From NCBI GenBank assembly GCA_028023455.1, contig JAQFVV010000009.1:10664001-10728000 (forward strand): a stretch of DNA of 64,000 nt, in the 5' to 3' direction. The notes beneath the pieces are model-generated. The model was not told the DNA's origin and did not search any database. It worked only from the letters and a program-made list of their open reading frames with translations. The stretch is from Epiperipatus broadwayi. Taxonomy: Eukaryota; Animalia; Onychophora. The position numbers were made by a program, and so were the translations under genes. Every line of letters begins with the position of its first letter. Within the stretch, counting starts at the first letter, position 1. Of the stretch, positions 26,930 to 41,699 are shown piece after piece.

Positions 26930-27899
26930 GGATAATTCTTTTTTAAAAAAATATGTGCAACATTTTTACTGTAAGAAATAAAAAAGACAAAAGAATTAAG
27001 TTAGTTAGCATTTTTATCAATTTCTTTATTATGAAAATTTTTTAAACCAGAATTTTATTTGGGATTTTTTTTAATATCAAAAATTAATCTGCTTTCAAAT
27101 TATAATTATTTTGCACATAACTAAAATTATTGCAGTATACAAATCTCAAAAAATACTTTTAAAGAAAAATATGGTTTGCATTTCTATTTTTAGAAATAAA
27201 AAGAGATGAGCAAATTAAATTAATAACTAAGTTTTAGATTTCTATCATTTTGGAAGGACTTTGTTTGATTTTTTTTTTTTATGACAATGTTAATCGGCTT
27301 TTAAATTTTTTTAATGAATAAAATTATTACAGCATATTCATCTTAGGAGTTTAATTTTAAACAAAAATAATATGAACATTTTGTTTATAGTTTTCAAAGT
27401 TCCATTTTTAGTATTTACATTTATAGTTTATGACAGAAATTATTACTGTATACAAATCTAGGAAAATAGTCGCAAAAATATACACAATACAATAATTTCT
27501 ATTGCTAAAAAAATAAAGACATGTATTATATGACAAAGATGTTTGCTATTCTACTATTCTTTGTGTGATTTGGATTTGTTGTATAAATCACATTTCATAA
27601 AAAAAAGTATTTTTTCCACTAGTTATTTACTCTAGAAAACTTTGGTGTAAAAGACATTTGAATTTTATTTTCATATTTATAGATTTTTTATTTTAAAATT
27701 GCATTATATATATAAATATTAAATATTTACAATTATCAGTATCTAAATACTTGAGAAAATAAAATATAGCACTTTTGATTTACAATATATATATAGGTCA
27801 ATAATAAACTCCCTACCTTTTTAAAATTTTCTAGAAACAGGCAATGGATAAAATAATAGAATATTTATAATATTTTCATATAACATAGAAATTAAGACA

Positions 27900-28870
27900 C
27901 ACAGATATGGCATTGGCATTCATAAAAGCTAACATGATCTTTCCAATATACACTAAGTCGATGATGTTTTATATGCAAACCACAGGATATTATCAACCAC
28001 ATATTTATAGAATTGAGAATAAAATCGAATTTAAATTGGATTATAGAACCAGAAAAAGACAATAAAATTCTCTATCTCAATTTGAAAATAAAATGGAACT
28101 ATAACTCATTATTTTATAAAATGACCATTAAACTTCCCAACATTTAGGGAATACATCGGTCTAAAATCCTAGGTACCTACATCACATAAATACACAGGAT
28201 CAAAGAACTTTTTGAGTCACAATAATTACTTATGTCAATTCGAGTCAGATAAGATTGAGAACCTAGACATCTATATTGTTAATATGATAAAATCAGGTTA
28301 TAGCACAACTGATATACACAAATATGTGGCACAATTTTTAAAAAAATATTACAAATTGGATAGAGAATAGAAGGAATGACAAAAAATGGATATCTACTAT
28401 ACACACACACACACATCAGAAATGAAAGTGTAAAGATCTGTGCTGATAAATTCAACATTGAATTTAGAAAGCCAATGAATTTAAATAGAACAATAATACA
28501 AAGGATAAAATACATAAATTGGATTGATCTGATGTTATAAATGCAGCCAAAGAGACTGTCCTTACACTTACCATGGTAAAACAAAAGCAAATCTGAGAAT
28601 AAGATTGAAACAACATACTTTAATGTACACAAAAGCCAAGACCACTTTAACAAATATATCCATATTTTACAGCCATGAAAGAGAATTTGGACACTGTTTT
28701 ATGCCTCATGTTGTTAAGATAATGTGTGAAGAAAAAAATGATAGAAAACATAATATCAAAGAGGCTTGATTTTCACACAAAATGAATATATAATGAACCA
28801 AAGAGCTAATAGTATTCAAATTAGCCAAGAAATTGGTCTCATAAATTTTTAACAGAACAATCATGATTAT
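27900..28870 (+). mobile_element. Decayed Penelope-like element (RT C-terminus and GIY-YIG)
   Basis: VDDVL (27958), EPEKDNKILYLNLKI (28046), YHGKTKANLRIRLKQH (28570) and IKEA (28756) appear in PLE order. Confidence 0.75.
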
Positions 28871-29034
28871 GATACACCACACATGCATTGAAAGTATACT
28901 ATTCTCTGTTATAATATTTTCATATTTTTAATAATGTCACAATATCAAAATATTACACACACATATATATGTAAATGAAATGTTATCTGGGTACATTTAT
29001 GTATTATAAATAGATGTATCTGGATGGCATTTCA

Positions 29035-29194
29035 TTTATATCTGTAACCCATAAAAATCTTCATTTTAATATATATATATATATTATAACCCTACCAACT
29101 GAGTGGGTGCATTTTTTATATCTGTAACCCATAAAAATCTTCATTTTAATATATATATATATATTATAACCCTACCAACTGAGTGGGTGCATTT
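29035..29194. repeat. Perfect tandem duplication, 2 x 80 bp
   Basis: tctgtaacccataaaaatc at 29041 and 29121; units identical by eye. Confidence 0.93.
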
Positions 29195-32100
29195 TATACA
29201 AAAAAATTAAATTGCTTATATCTAGTGTACTATTCATGTCATTATTATAACATATACCAGAAGATATTATTTTTTCTTATGCAATTATTTTAAATATGAA
29301 TCATAAATAAATAGGTTCATTTATAACATAATAATGAGACTCTTTTATTTCAATTACTCTTATCCAACAATATATGGTATCAGTAGTGGTGAAATAAATA
29401 GGGATTTTGTTCATACTCAGAAATCACATGAAGCTTTTTTATACTTAAAATAAAGATAGTCTAATCAAAATAATCTTAAAACATTGAGATAATTTCAATA
29501 CTACACAACATGAACTATAATGAAGTGGCTTTTGTGTATTATGTTCGCTTATAACTCAAATGTTATTATACTTGTGTGATTTGGATTTTCTGATTATACA
29601 GATAATGATAATGAAAACAAAATCAGAAATTAAGAATCAAGTAAACATTTTATTAATAATATCAGATATAATAGTTATAAACATCTTATAAATTCACATA
29701 ATCAAAATATAAATAATTACTATAATATTTTAATAATCAGTTCAAATTCTTAAAGAAAATATCTACTACCTATAAATAAAGTTTTTTGTTTAAAAATCGA
29801 TCACTCTAAATATGTTATTAGTATAAGAAACTTTAATTCATGTGTTTAACAAACTATATTATCAACAAAAATTGGGGAGGATGTATGAGTTTTTTATGCC
29901 TATATAAAATAACTACTTAAGTTTAAATAAAGTCTGTTTTATCAAAGTCTTTGCACAAACACTATTTATGCAATGAATATTCATTCCATTATCATTTCAA
30001 AAATTACTCTGATAATATCAAGAGCAAATAAAGATGGGTGTCATAACACACATGCCTTCAACACCTTATCACTAACACTAATAAATAGGATTGGCAAAAT
30101 GATGGGATAATCAAATGCCCACACTTATTTACAATTGCCAAATTAGCATTAGTAGATAAACTTGATGAGAATAAACCATCATAAACATTGCCTAACACAA
30201 TGTATAAATCATCTATGATGAACTGTACTTTAAAGCATCTTCAAAATTACATATGAAAATAGTTGCAAATGCACTATTTACCATATAATAATAACAGTAT
30301 AAATATGATATGAAGACTGATAAGCCACATTATATTAACAATAAAATAATTAGCATTATAAATCAATAATTTTATTAAAAATAATACATCATCTCCAAAT
30401 GCACATCTATGCATCCACACTATTCATTAAACAATCCTACACCAAATGATCATATTACCTTTATTAATGTAATAATGTAAATATATTTTGAGAACTCCAA
30501 CACCCATACATGATATACAAACATTAAAAAAAACAGAGATAAATTTATATTTAAAAGAAAATATATATATATTGATCACTCCTAGACAGTTTATAAGTTC
30601 TTAAGTCTCTTGTTCTAAAACACACTTTAAAACATTCCAGTTCATATAATGATTCCATTATTATCCAGAGTATTTTATTAAAAATATTCTTAATGTTTAA
30701 AGATCACAATTAGACAAGAATTTTTTAAAAATCCATGGCAAAAATGTAGAGCACTAATATAATGCAAAGTAATACAAAATTTAGACACATTATTTCTTTA
30801 TATAACACAACAGATAGAATATTTCAATGCACTAAAGTACATTTAAGCAAATATGTTTCACTTTGAAATAAATATGAAATTAGAATTAATTTTTCATATT
30901 ATCCTTTGCAAATAAAACACCAATCTTTGGAATGTGTTAATCTTTACTTTTAGAAATTATGAAAGCATATCACTGCCAAAATAGTTTATTCTAAATATAA
31001 GATAAATATATCTCTCACATATCCATAATTAGAAAGTTGATACATACTTCATTAGCTTATTTAAATATTCCTCAAGTCAGTCTCTAGTTCAAATTTTTGT
31101 AATTGTAGCCAAAAACTTAGCTTGTCAAAGAATAAAGTTCCAACTAATATAACAGCAGAGCATGGTAAAGCTTATATCTAGGTGCAGGATTAAAACTTAA
31201 TTAATTATTTATACAGTTAAACATAATTCTTGTTTTAAGAATAGCAGCAATAATGTTCATTTTAATTTCAAGCATGAGGACAAACATAAATAAATAGTTG
31301 ATATAGTTCATAATAATGCCATTTTTACATACATACTTTTTCCAACATCAGCAAATCAATGTTACAATTTAATGTTTCCTTCCTTCAATAAAAAAAGTTG
31401 TTAAAGTTTTGTCATTGTGTATACTTAGCAGATATATTGCAGTGAGATGAATGGGCTATTTTCAGAAGGCCCTGGGCAAACAATTCTAGTATTCCATTAA
31501 GTTATAGATACAATAGAATAATTGATAAATTAACAAGCCAGTTAATTTCGCTAGTTAATTAAGTACATAAGTAGATAAAAAAATAGATGGAATAAATTGA
31601 ATAAAATTTCAACATGCAAGCTGTATTTAAAAGACAAATCATGTGATCTTAATGAAATTGATAATTGTCAGATTGGGTCATTGTTAATTGATAATTAATG
31701 TGTCCATAATTAGTTGTCAAAATAAATATTCTAATAATAGATTTTTTTTTAAAACTGTGAATTTTTAGACATAACAAATTAATATTACATCTAAAATACT
31801 ATTTATTATTTAGCAATAAATTAAATGTTACACTAATAATACATTTATTTAACTTTTTTTTAAAAAAAAAGGTCTCAAAATTTAATAGAATATTTTAAAG
31901 AATAATAAAATTTTAACAACACTATCACAGATTTAGATATTAAATCATTTAAACAATAACCTTTAATTGTAATCAATTTCTTTTAAACTTTTCTTTCAGT
32001 CAAAATAACTATTACACTCATGCATATTCTTGTCAGATTTAAAATGTTAACTAGAAATGTTTAAACAAACTATACTAATTATTTATGTTATAAAATAATA

Positions 32101-35100
32101 TCAAATTATTTAAAACGTTTGTTTTAGTGTAGTTGTTTACTCTAATTTTAACTAAATTTGGTGTGTAACTGTATTTTAACCTAAGCATGAACTATAAATT
32201 AATAGAAATGTTAAATTTATGGATTTAAACAAATGAAATTACAAAATTAACTTAACTGATATTTTAAAATTAATTAAACTTCTTTTTATTTAGATTTATC
32301 TGAAGAAATACTCTTTAGCAACAGCTCTTTAACTAAAATTTAATTTATTAAATTATTTAACATGTTCAATATATAAATTGATTTATTGGAAGAAAACAAA
32401 ATTTATTAATTTTTTAAAATAAATATATCCACATTGTACACATACACAGATCTCTATGCAAACCTTAAGATTACAAGATATAAAGAATTTTAAAAAGATA
32501 GGTATAGTGTGGATTTGGCATTAGTTCCATATGTCTATTGAAAGCCATACCATAATGACATAATGGTCTCTGTGATTTCAAGAAGTGATAGAATGGTGAA
32601 TTTTCAAGTTGAAAATTTATGGATCATGGCTTCAATTCTAAGACTTTGATTGCTTAAACTTATTAAGAACTCCAGAGCAATAAACCATTTAATTATTTAA
32701 TAGTTTAATGATTAGTGTGTTAGTAATCATAATATTGAATTCAAATTGGGATAGAATTTAACTATTATTTTAATGGATTAATATTTCTCAAGACAAGCCC
32801 AAATTTTTTTAAGAAGCTAGTCAATAGCTAATATGGTTAATTAATTAATATTAATCAGCAAATTGTTATATCTAGCTATTCTTGTGTAGATGATAAATGT
32901 TCCAAACATCAGGAATGGTCAAGTAAAGGTCTTAAATATCTAAAAATATTGAAATTAATTATATATTTTTTTAAAAGGCGAATGGAAGATAATTGTTTAA
33001 ATTGAATATTTGAAACTTTTATTTTATTTAGTTTTTATTTATTATAAAACACTATGTAAAAAATCAGTAAAAATTCCAGTCAGGAAATAGTGTGCTTTAC
33101 TAAATGCTTCAATACTTCCATTGCACACACAATAAAAATATCTATTAACTATATGATTCATGTTTTGTGTTCACCTGCAACAATGGTTGTCAAATTCTAT
33201 TTATGAAACAGATGAGTGCAACAATCACAAGTTCTCCTGAATCTGTTGATGAGATTCCAATAATATCTAAGAACGGGGGGGGGGGATTCAAATCTCATAC
33301 ATACTCCATTTTTATGTAAAATTCTTTGATTGCTTAAAGATATTTTTGGCTAACCATCTAGAAAGAGGATATTGCTTAAATCAAAATTATATTAGATGAA
33401 ATAGATAACAAACAATCAGGAGCATAAAACAAATCGGCATTATTAAATATATAAAAGAAATCATTATTTTGTTAATAGTAATATTATTATTTTTCTATTT
33501 GTTCAATTTATCCATTGAGGTGCAAAAGCAAATATATTATCCTTTTTAGATTTTGTCAATAGTGTGCTGAATATCTGAAAGAGAATATTGTAAAGTCACA
33601 TGAACTATTGTGAAACAATGACTGAATTCTTCTCAATTTATTCAAGTGTCAATATTTAACTGCAGACAATAATATATACACAAAAGGAAAAAGGCATGAT
33701 CTGTGCCCTAAATGAAAAACAGATCAATTATATAATTGAAAAACTGAAATATATATTCCAAAGAGAAACATCAGTGCCACTATTGATTTATAAATGAAAA
33801 AGTTATCATGGTTTTAAAACTGTTAAAATTATGTTCTAACTATCATCATTGAATTCAGGATAAATAAAAAATTGTTTTAATTCACTGACAGTACTTCAAA
33901 CTGGCCTGATGCATTTGGGTTTTTTTTTAATTAAGTGTTTCCAGTTTATTTCATTTCTAAAATACAGGAATTCACATTGCTTATTTAATGTTAATGCATT
34001 TGGTAAGAAAAGAATAAAGCCATTGTAACTGTCATTTTGATTAGTATACAGCAAGTTAAAACTGATGGTCATTATCTTAATGAATTTTATTAAAAATTGT
34101 TATTATGATACAATATTAAATTAAGTACTTAATTAAATTGCAACCAGTTGGCAATCATTATAGTAGTAATAATGACAAGCATTTTTTGGTCAAACGTTTA
34201 TTCATTAGATATTAAATTGAGAGTCATCTGTGATCTATAAATAAATTAGTCTATATGATCATAAATATTTTGATATTTTAAATAGCTTGTTAAAATTTAT
34301 GATATAGTTCTGTCTATTAAGATATTAAAGTTAATTATATTACAGGAGAGATACACATTATTACTGATGTTGATCAAATGTTATTGCTTGGTCATAATAC
34401 TACTATTAGTTAGCTCAATTAATCTTAAGATAGATAATTTAACGTACAGTATATATAGTTTGTTTCTGCTTATATTTTTACGATTATATATTTTTTATCT
34501 GGAAGTATCTAATTTTTAATATTATGCAAATAAAGTAAATACCATTTATAATAAATGCTACATTCTTACATAGTTACCATTTTGTAGCTGAGGCATTCGT
34601 AAGGTTTTTTTTTAATGTAAATTAAGTTATATGAATGTACATTTTATATTCGTTAAATAATTTCAATTAAATATAAAAATTCAAATTATAAATGTACATT
34701 ATTGCGAGCATTTATTGAATTACTTAGTCTTAATTTAATCAAAAGCTCATTTTAATTGTTCTGTTTTATTCTTAACATTTAAAAAATGAATAGAACGTAA
34801 TTACATTTCTATTTAAAAGACAATGGTATGTATTTTAAAGAAAAATAATGTTAGAAACAATCTAATTTATTATGAAATAAATATTTATATATATATATAT
34901 ATAGTAAGGTAAAACAACCGTAAACAGACTTCACTGCAAAGCAATTTTCTCTCCATAATCCCACAGCATGCAACTGTGAAGAAGGAAATACCTTGTTATG
35001 CATCATGGTCTTGATGAAGGTTTCACTGATTTTCTTTTTTGTTTTAATTCTAAACAAAATAATTAAATGGTTAGTGATGTTGATATTGGGCCGACTGAAA

Positions 35101-36076
35101 AAAAAATTATTTTTTTTAGAAACTCTCACTTTATTTTAAAAATGTCCAAGCTTTATTTGGATTCAAAATTTTAATTTGTGGTCATGGGATGTAAAAATAA
35201 ATAGTGCGTGGGAATCTGTATTTTTTTTCTAGTCTCAATTAACTTGTTCAGCATTTATATAGTTACATTAGGTTGTGGGAAAAGGTCAACATTGTCATAG
35301 ATCAATAACACATTTACAGTAAACATGTTACTATGATATAAATAGGAACAATAAACTATGGTCCAAAGTTATTGGAAATAATGTGCTTGACTCTGAACTA
35401 AATTAGTTGTTTATAAGGTTTTATTTTATTAAAATTATTTTATTGGTAAGAGGAATTGAATCTCTTATCAATGTTAGAAAAATATTTGAGGATTCTCTGT
35501 AATATTTTGGAAATAACGATAGAAAGATCAAAAGTTTAGTCAATATTTTATTCAGTTTTGCTGTACATGATATATAAAATATACCTTTGTAATAGCATAT
35601 CTTCATTTGATTGGACATGCAAAGGGAATAACTGGTAACATGTTTTTAATGAGTATTTTATGATGAACTAGAGCATAGTTTTCACAATAGAAGTAGATTC
35701 CAATTATAAAGATTATTTTAAAAAATTCTAAAGAGTAACAATATTGAATGATTGATTTATTGAAAGAATATTCTGGAATAGATTATGAAGTAGAATTGCA
35801 AAGAGTTTAGAAAGGTTTTATAAATAATACATTGTAAAGTATTAAACAAAAGAATCAGCATATGTGTATTAAGTTTTTCATCATAAATAATTTTTAATTT
35901 ATTTAATAAATTGTTTTGATTAATAGAAATAAAAAATATTTCAAGATGAAATAATAAATGTTAATGCTTACAAGATAGTGTTTTTATCACTTGCCAAACT
36001 TTTTAATTCTTTTGTTTAGTTCTCAGAGATTAATTCTTACATATTTATTAAATTTTCAAATGAAAAGGAGGGGATG

Positions 36077-37035
<959 letters not shown>

Positions 37036-38144
37036 ATTGGCAAGTCTTTAGCATAAGTTTTACACCTGATATTTATTTTAGATTATTTTTTAGATTTTTA
37101 ATTATTTAAACCTGTTCCCTACCTAACTATATTTTTCAAAATATTGATATATGTAAACAGTTTACTGATAGTGTTTTAAGATTTCTAGGTACAATAGCCA
37201 TGCTTATATGTTAAGTTTTCCTCTTAAAGGCAGATAGAGATGGGTAGACATTAGAAGTACTACCACAAACAATAACATTTAATTGTGATCAGTGGAGTTT
37301 GCATGGATTTTATCTCTTATTGTAATTTAACATTATAGTTTTATTTTAGACTTTTGGATTTTTTATATCTTTAATATGCATTGGCAGAAAGAAAGATTAG
37401 AATAATCTGAATAAGGATTGTTAATTCCAAATAAAAATATATTGATATATTCACACTTTAGAATTTTAAAGTAATTATACAAATTATAAATTTTCATTAA
37501 ATATGAATAATTTTTTCAACTTAAAAATAATTTTTAAAAATGCATTTAAAATTATTTATTTTATAAGTGCATTTTATTTGTTTGTTTTATTTGCTCAGTT
37601 TCTTGTTAAATATCAAAAATTTATGAGCTATTTTCCTTTTTTACATTCAAATTTCTTGTGATATCTTTTATGATTATCCTGATGGTGTTATCCAGTCAGT
37701 ACATTTTTTTTATCCATCTTATTCTTTTATTATACTGATCATTTTATATTTTGTTTAATGTATTTTTGTTGATTTTTATTAAAATGCAAAATATAAATAA
37801 TTATAATAGATTAGGTTGTTGTTTTTCATATAAATAACTAAATATTTTTAACAAAGATTATGTAACAACAAATATAGTATTATTTAATATTAAAAAAAGC
37901 TCCTTTTCATCAATTTTCATTATCTGTTTTATATATATTACAAATGTTAGCAGAGGATTATATATAAATAGTTGCATCAAGGTTTTGATTTCTGTAATAC
38001 AATTCTTTTTTCTTTCTCTCATGTAACTATTAAATACAGGCAAAACTCCCCATACAGTAGTGCTATCCTGTGCCAAACAGAGTAATCAATGGATGCCAGA
38101 AGGCTTTTGCATAAAATCCCTATCTAGTGCCTACTCATCCAATA

Positions 38145-38187
38145 TCCCCAGACTAGTTTCTGGCTTGTGGCCATCATCAGTGAGGAG
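38145..38187 (-). ncRNA. Minimal type-I hammerhead ribozyme, intact core
   Basis: Reverse complement is identical to 38781-38823. Confidence 0.82.
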
Positions 38188-38601
38188 CCTTGGATCTGAG
38201 AGCACTGCACACAGATCTTAGGATCTAATGCAACCCTCCAGCAGCCATCTTTTAACTCTACTTTACTACAAAACTATGAGAATGAAATTGAAAACATTGT
38301 TAATATCTTCAATCTAAACTCAATAGCTTATATAGTCATATGGGTCTGAACTCACATCATCACCCATACATTTTGGTGTCTTTGGCTCTTAAACAACCAT
38401 AGCCACCACTATCCTATTAGGTAGGATTGGTGTTAAACCATCAAACATTACATGATTACCATCTCTATACTAGCACATAATTTGTTGTAAACAAAGGCAA
38501 AACTCCCCATACAGTAGTGCCATCCTGTGCCAAACAGAGTAATCAATGGATGCCAGAAGGCTTGTGCATAAAATCCCTATCTAGTGCCTACTCATCCAAT
38601 A

Positions 38602-38641
38602 TCCCCAGACTAGTTTTTGGCTTGTGGCCATCATCAGTGAG
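38602..38641 (-). ncRNA. Hammerhead copy with GAAA>AAAA mutation and truncated stem I (probably inactive)
   Basis: Minus strand: ctca-CTGATGA-tggc-cacaa-gcca-AAAA-ctagtc-tgggga. Confidence 0.7.
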
Positions 38642-38780
38642 CTAATGAGCTTAGATTGAAGACATTAACAATGTTTTCAATTTCATTCTCATAGTTTTGT
38701 AGTAAAGTAGAGTTAAAAGGTGGCTGCTGGAAGGTTGCATTAGATCCTAAGATCTATGTGCAGTGCTCTCAGATCCAAGG

Positions 38781-38823
38781 CTCCTCACTGATGATGGCCA
38801 CAAGCCAGAAACTAGTCTGGGGA
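38781..38823 (+). ncRNA. Minimal type-I hammerhead ribozyme, intact core
   Basis: ctcctca-CTGATGA-tggc/cacaa/gcca-GAA-ACTAGT-C-tgggga. Stem I tcctca/tgggga, stem II TGGC/GCCA, palindromic stem III, GUC cleavage triplet (cut after C38817). Confidence 0.85.
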
Positions 38824-39452
38824 TATTGGATGAGTAGGCACTAGATAGGGATTTTATGCACAAGCCTTCTGGCATCCATTGATTACTCTGTTTGGCACAG
38901 GATGGCACTACTGTATGGGGAGTTTTGCCTTTGTTTACAACAAATTATATGCTAGTATAGAGATGGTGTTCATGTGATGTTTGATGGTTTAACTATTAAA
39001 TACATTATAACTATATTGACAAGATAAATGAATGGTGTTCATTGCCCTGCATAGTAGAGCTAAAGATTTTGTAGGTCAAGATTCACAACTGTTATCCAGT
39101 TCTATCTTTTCTGGTACTCCAAGTTCTTATGAATTTCCAATCAATAATGCCATTCAATTATTTTTTATATTTCTCATTAATATGTATTTATGTATACATT
39201 TATAACCACATGTATATGTGTGTGTTAGATATATACACACACTCATGTATAAATAAAATATACCAATTATAATGTGCATCCATGTAAACATACACTCCTA
39301 TTCATACATAATATTATACACTCATATTCATTATATAATTTTCCATTTATATATCAATGACAGCTTACATGTTTTATACATATTCATTCTTTTTTCCATA
39401 TTTTAATGTAATTAATCTCATAGACTTTGCTTCTATTAGAATCTTTAATATA

Positions 39453-39672
39453 GTGTAAAGATATCAATATTTTTTTTGGTAATCTATTTTGTGACTGTAC
39501 ATTAAATATTGAATATATTGTGCCAATTCTATATATGTTATATTGAGGAGAGTGAAAATATGTGTAAAGATATCAATATTTTTTTTGGTAATCTATTTTG
39601 TGACTGTACATTAAATATTGAATATATTGTGCCAATTCTATATATGTTATATTGAGGAGAGTGAAAATATGT
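39453..39672. repeat. Tandem duplication, 2 x 109 bp
   Basis: gtgtaaagatatcaatatt at 39453 and 39562. Confidence 0.92.
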
Positions 39673-40319
39673 GCTCATTCACTCTTTCTCAACTGTAATG
39701 TTACTCAACTACAATCAATTTCATTTTCTTTATTAGTTTTTTTTTTATAACAATAATTAACTGTGATTATTTGAAAGTTTGTAATTATAGCATTTTAATT
39801 TTATTTAGGCATTGGAATATTTTCTTTGGATAGCTGGCTTATTACATGTTCTTAGAAGAATTCAAACTTTATACTTTTCCAAATATATTTTATTGTAAAT
39901 TTAATTGAAATAAATATGTTATTGATATGTAGCTGGAACCTTTGCAATACCCAAATGTAGCCTTATAATGTAAAGTATCATCAACATATATCCAAATTTT
40001 TGATAATATAGCTATAATTTTTAATTCTTTACTTTAATTATTACTAATTAGAAGATAACAATGATTTATTGGATGAATTCTATGGTATATTGAGAATATG
40101 TTATTATTATGCTGCAGTATATTTAAAATAAGTTGTTTTTCTGCAAAATATTAATCCACAATTAATCTTTATTAATAAGAAGAGTTATTTAGTTTGTATA
40201 TTATCATCTTTATTTCTTATAATAAATAATGCTTCATCACTGATTATATATGAAATAACTTTTCATAACAAAACTTATTAAGATATCTTTTTTTTTTACT
40301 TTTATGTTCTTGAACTCCA

Positions 40320-40530
40320 CAAAGAGCTTAGAATTCCTGGCAAAGGATTATGTGTAATATTTCAAAGAACTGAGAATCTTGAAAAGAAATCTTATCAAAT
40401 TTTGATATATTGAATTTATACAACTATTGATAGATCTTAATGGAACCCAGTCCTTGGATTTTAGGAAAACTATAGGAATGTGATTTTTTTTTCAGAACTA
40501 TCTGTGATTCTTGTCCTATTTATGTAGTTG
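40320..40530 (+). mobile_element. Possible very old LINE RT fragment
   Basis: KELRIPGK ... GTQSLDFRKTIG loosely resembles the region before the RT GVRQG motif. Confidence 0.25.
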
Positions 40531-41699
40531 ATACAGAAATTTTTGCTACTTTTTTGTATTGCCTGTCATAACAATTTTTTCATTTGTTGTTATAATCAGC
40601 TGTGTCATTACAACTGTATTACTATTGCTTTTGATGATAAGGCAAATAATTATAAATTCTATTAATTTGAAAGATTTATTAGCTTTTCTCTCAATTGTTT
40701 GGCATAAGTGGCTAGTGATAAATTTTATACTTTTTGTAAATACATTCAACTTGATAGCAATAGCACACAAGTTAGTATATAACACAACATTTTCAGTGAT
40801 ATTATTATCTACTCTTCTTCATGTGATTAGTAATAGCTAGTACTGTAAAGGAACTAGTGATATTTAGATTTATGAATACTGAATTGAAAATGATGCTCTA
40901 ACCAATAAGTCTGTTTGCTAAAAAGTGGAATGTTTGTGATGATTGTAATTTACATATAGTTATATGTTGAACTATTTTCATAATCTAGTTGAATTGTTGA
41001 ATGATATTCTTTTCTCTTTTTTACTGTTGATCATCTGATCACCAACAACTAGCATAAAAATTGAACAAAAAGTATTTAAATTTATGAAAAATGAATTTAA
41101 AGTAGCACATTAACAAAGTAGGTTATATTGTAGGAAAAAAAGAAAATGAGATTTTGTTTTAAAAAAAAAAACCCAATAGTTTTTTAGTATCAAACTTACC
41201 TTCCATAAATAATATAGAATGTTTACTAAAAATAAATTTACTGATAAAGGGTTCCAAATTATTTGAAAAAATAAATAAACTTGTATATTGACATGGACAT
41301 ATCAAATATGACACTGCACCAAATAATCTGTAAGCTACATCAATTTTAAAAAATCACAATTCCAAGCACCTAACATGCTGAAACTTGTTTTTTTAGAAAA
41401 AGTATTAAAATTTGTCATCACACAGCTAATATCTCATTATTAAATATAATATTAGGAACTGAATTAATTAATCAAAATGTGTCTTTTGAAAAAGCAGCAG
41501 ATTTATGATGAATAATAAAAAGAACATAAATGTAGCATATAAAATCTCAAACTATACAAACCTATAATCATAATTCCTCTTGACAAAAACAATGCTAATG
41601 TCACATGACCTAATTTGATAAGCTTGCATTGCAAATGTTATATATAGAATTCACAAATAAGCTCTATATATGCAATTGTAATGAATATTAGTCATTATG

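Larger units (their letters stand above)
38039..39004 (-). mobile_element. Penelope-like terminal-repeat insertion (tandem and inverted pLTRs) with hammerheads
   Basis: 15-bp TSD taactattaaataca at 38024-38038 and 38990-39004. Repeat A 38039-38305, partial direct copy 38494-38641 (preceded by tail 38433-38493), inverted copy ~38657-38990; copies nearly identical. Confidence 0.85.

Noticed and set aside
28279-28888. Hydrophobic minus-strand ORFs resembling a receptor
   Set aside because: Antisense to an A-rich Penelope relic; the hydrophobicity follows from T-richness.
29950-30520. GDD-containing minus frame (AFGDDVLF) suggesting a viral RdRp, and a hAT-like KCPHLFTIAKLAL on plus
   Set aside because: Isolated short motifs without neighbouring conserved motifs.
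33177-33266. Minus-strand exon with strong acceptor and CAG|GTGAAC donor
   Set aside because: Stops in all three frames; cannot be supported as coding.
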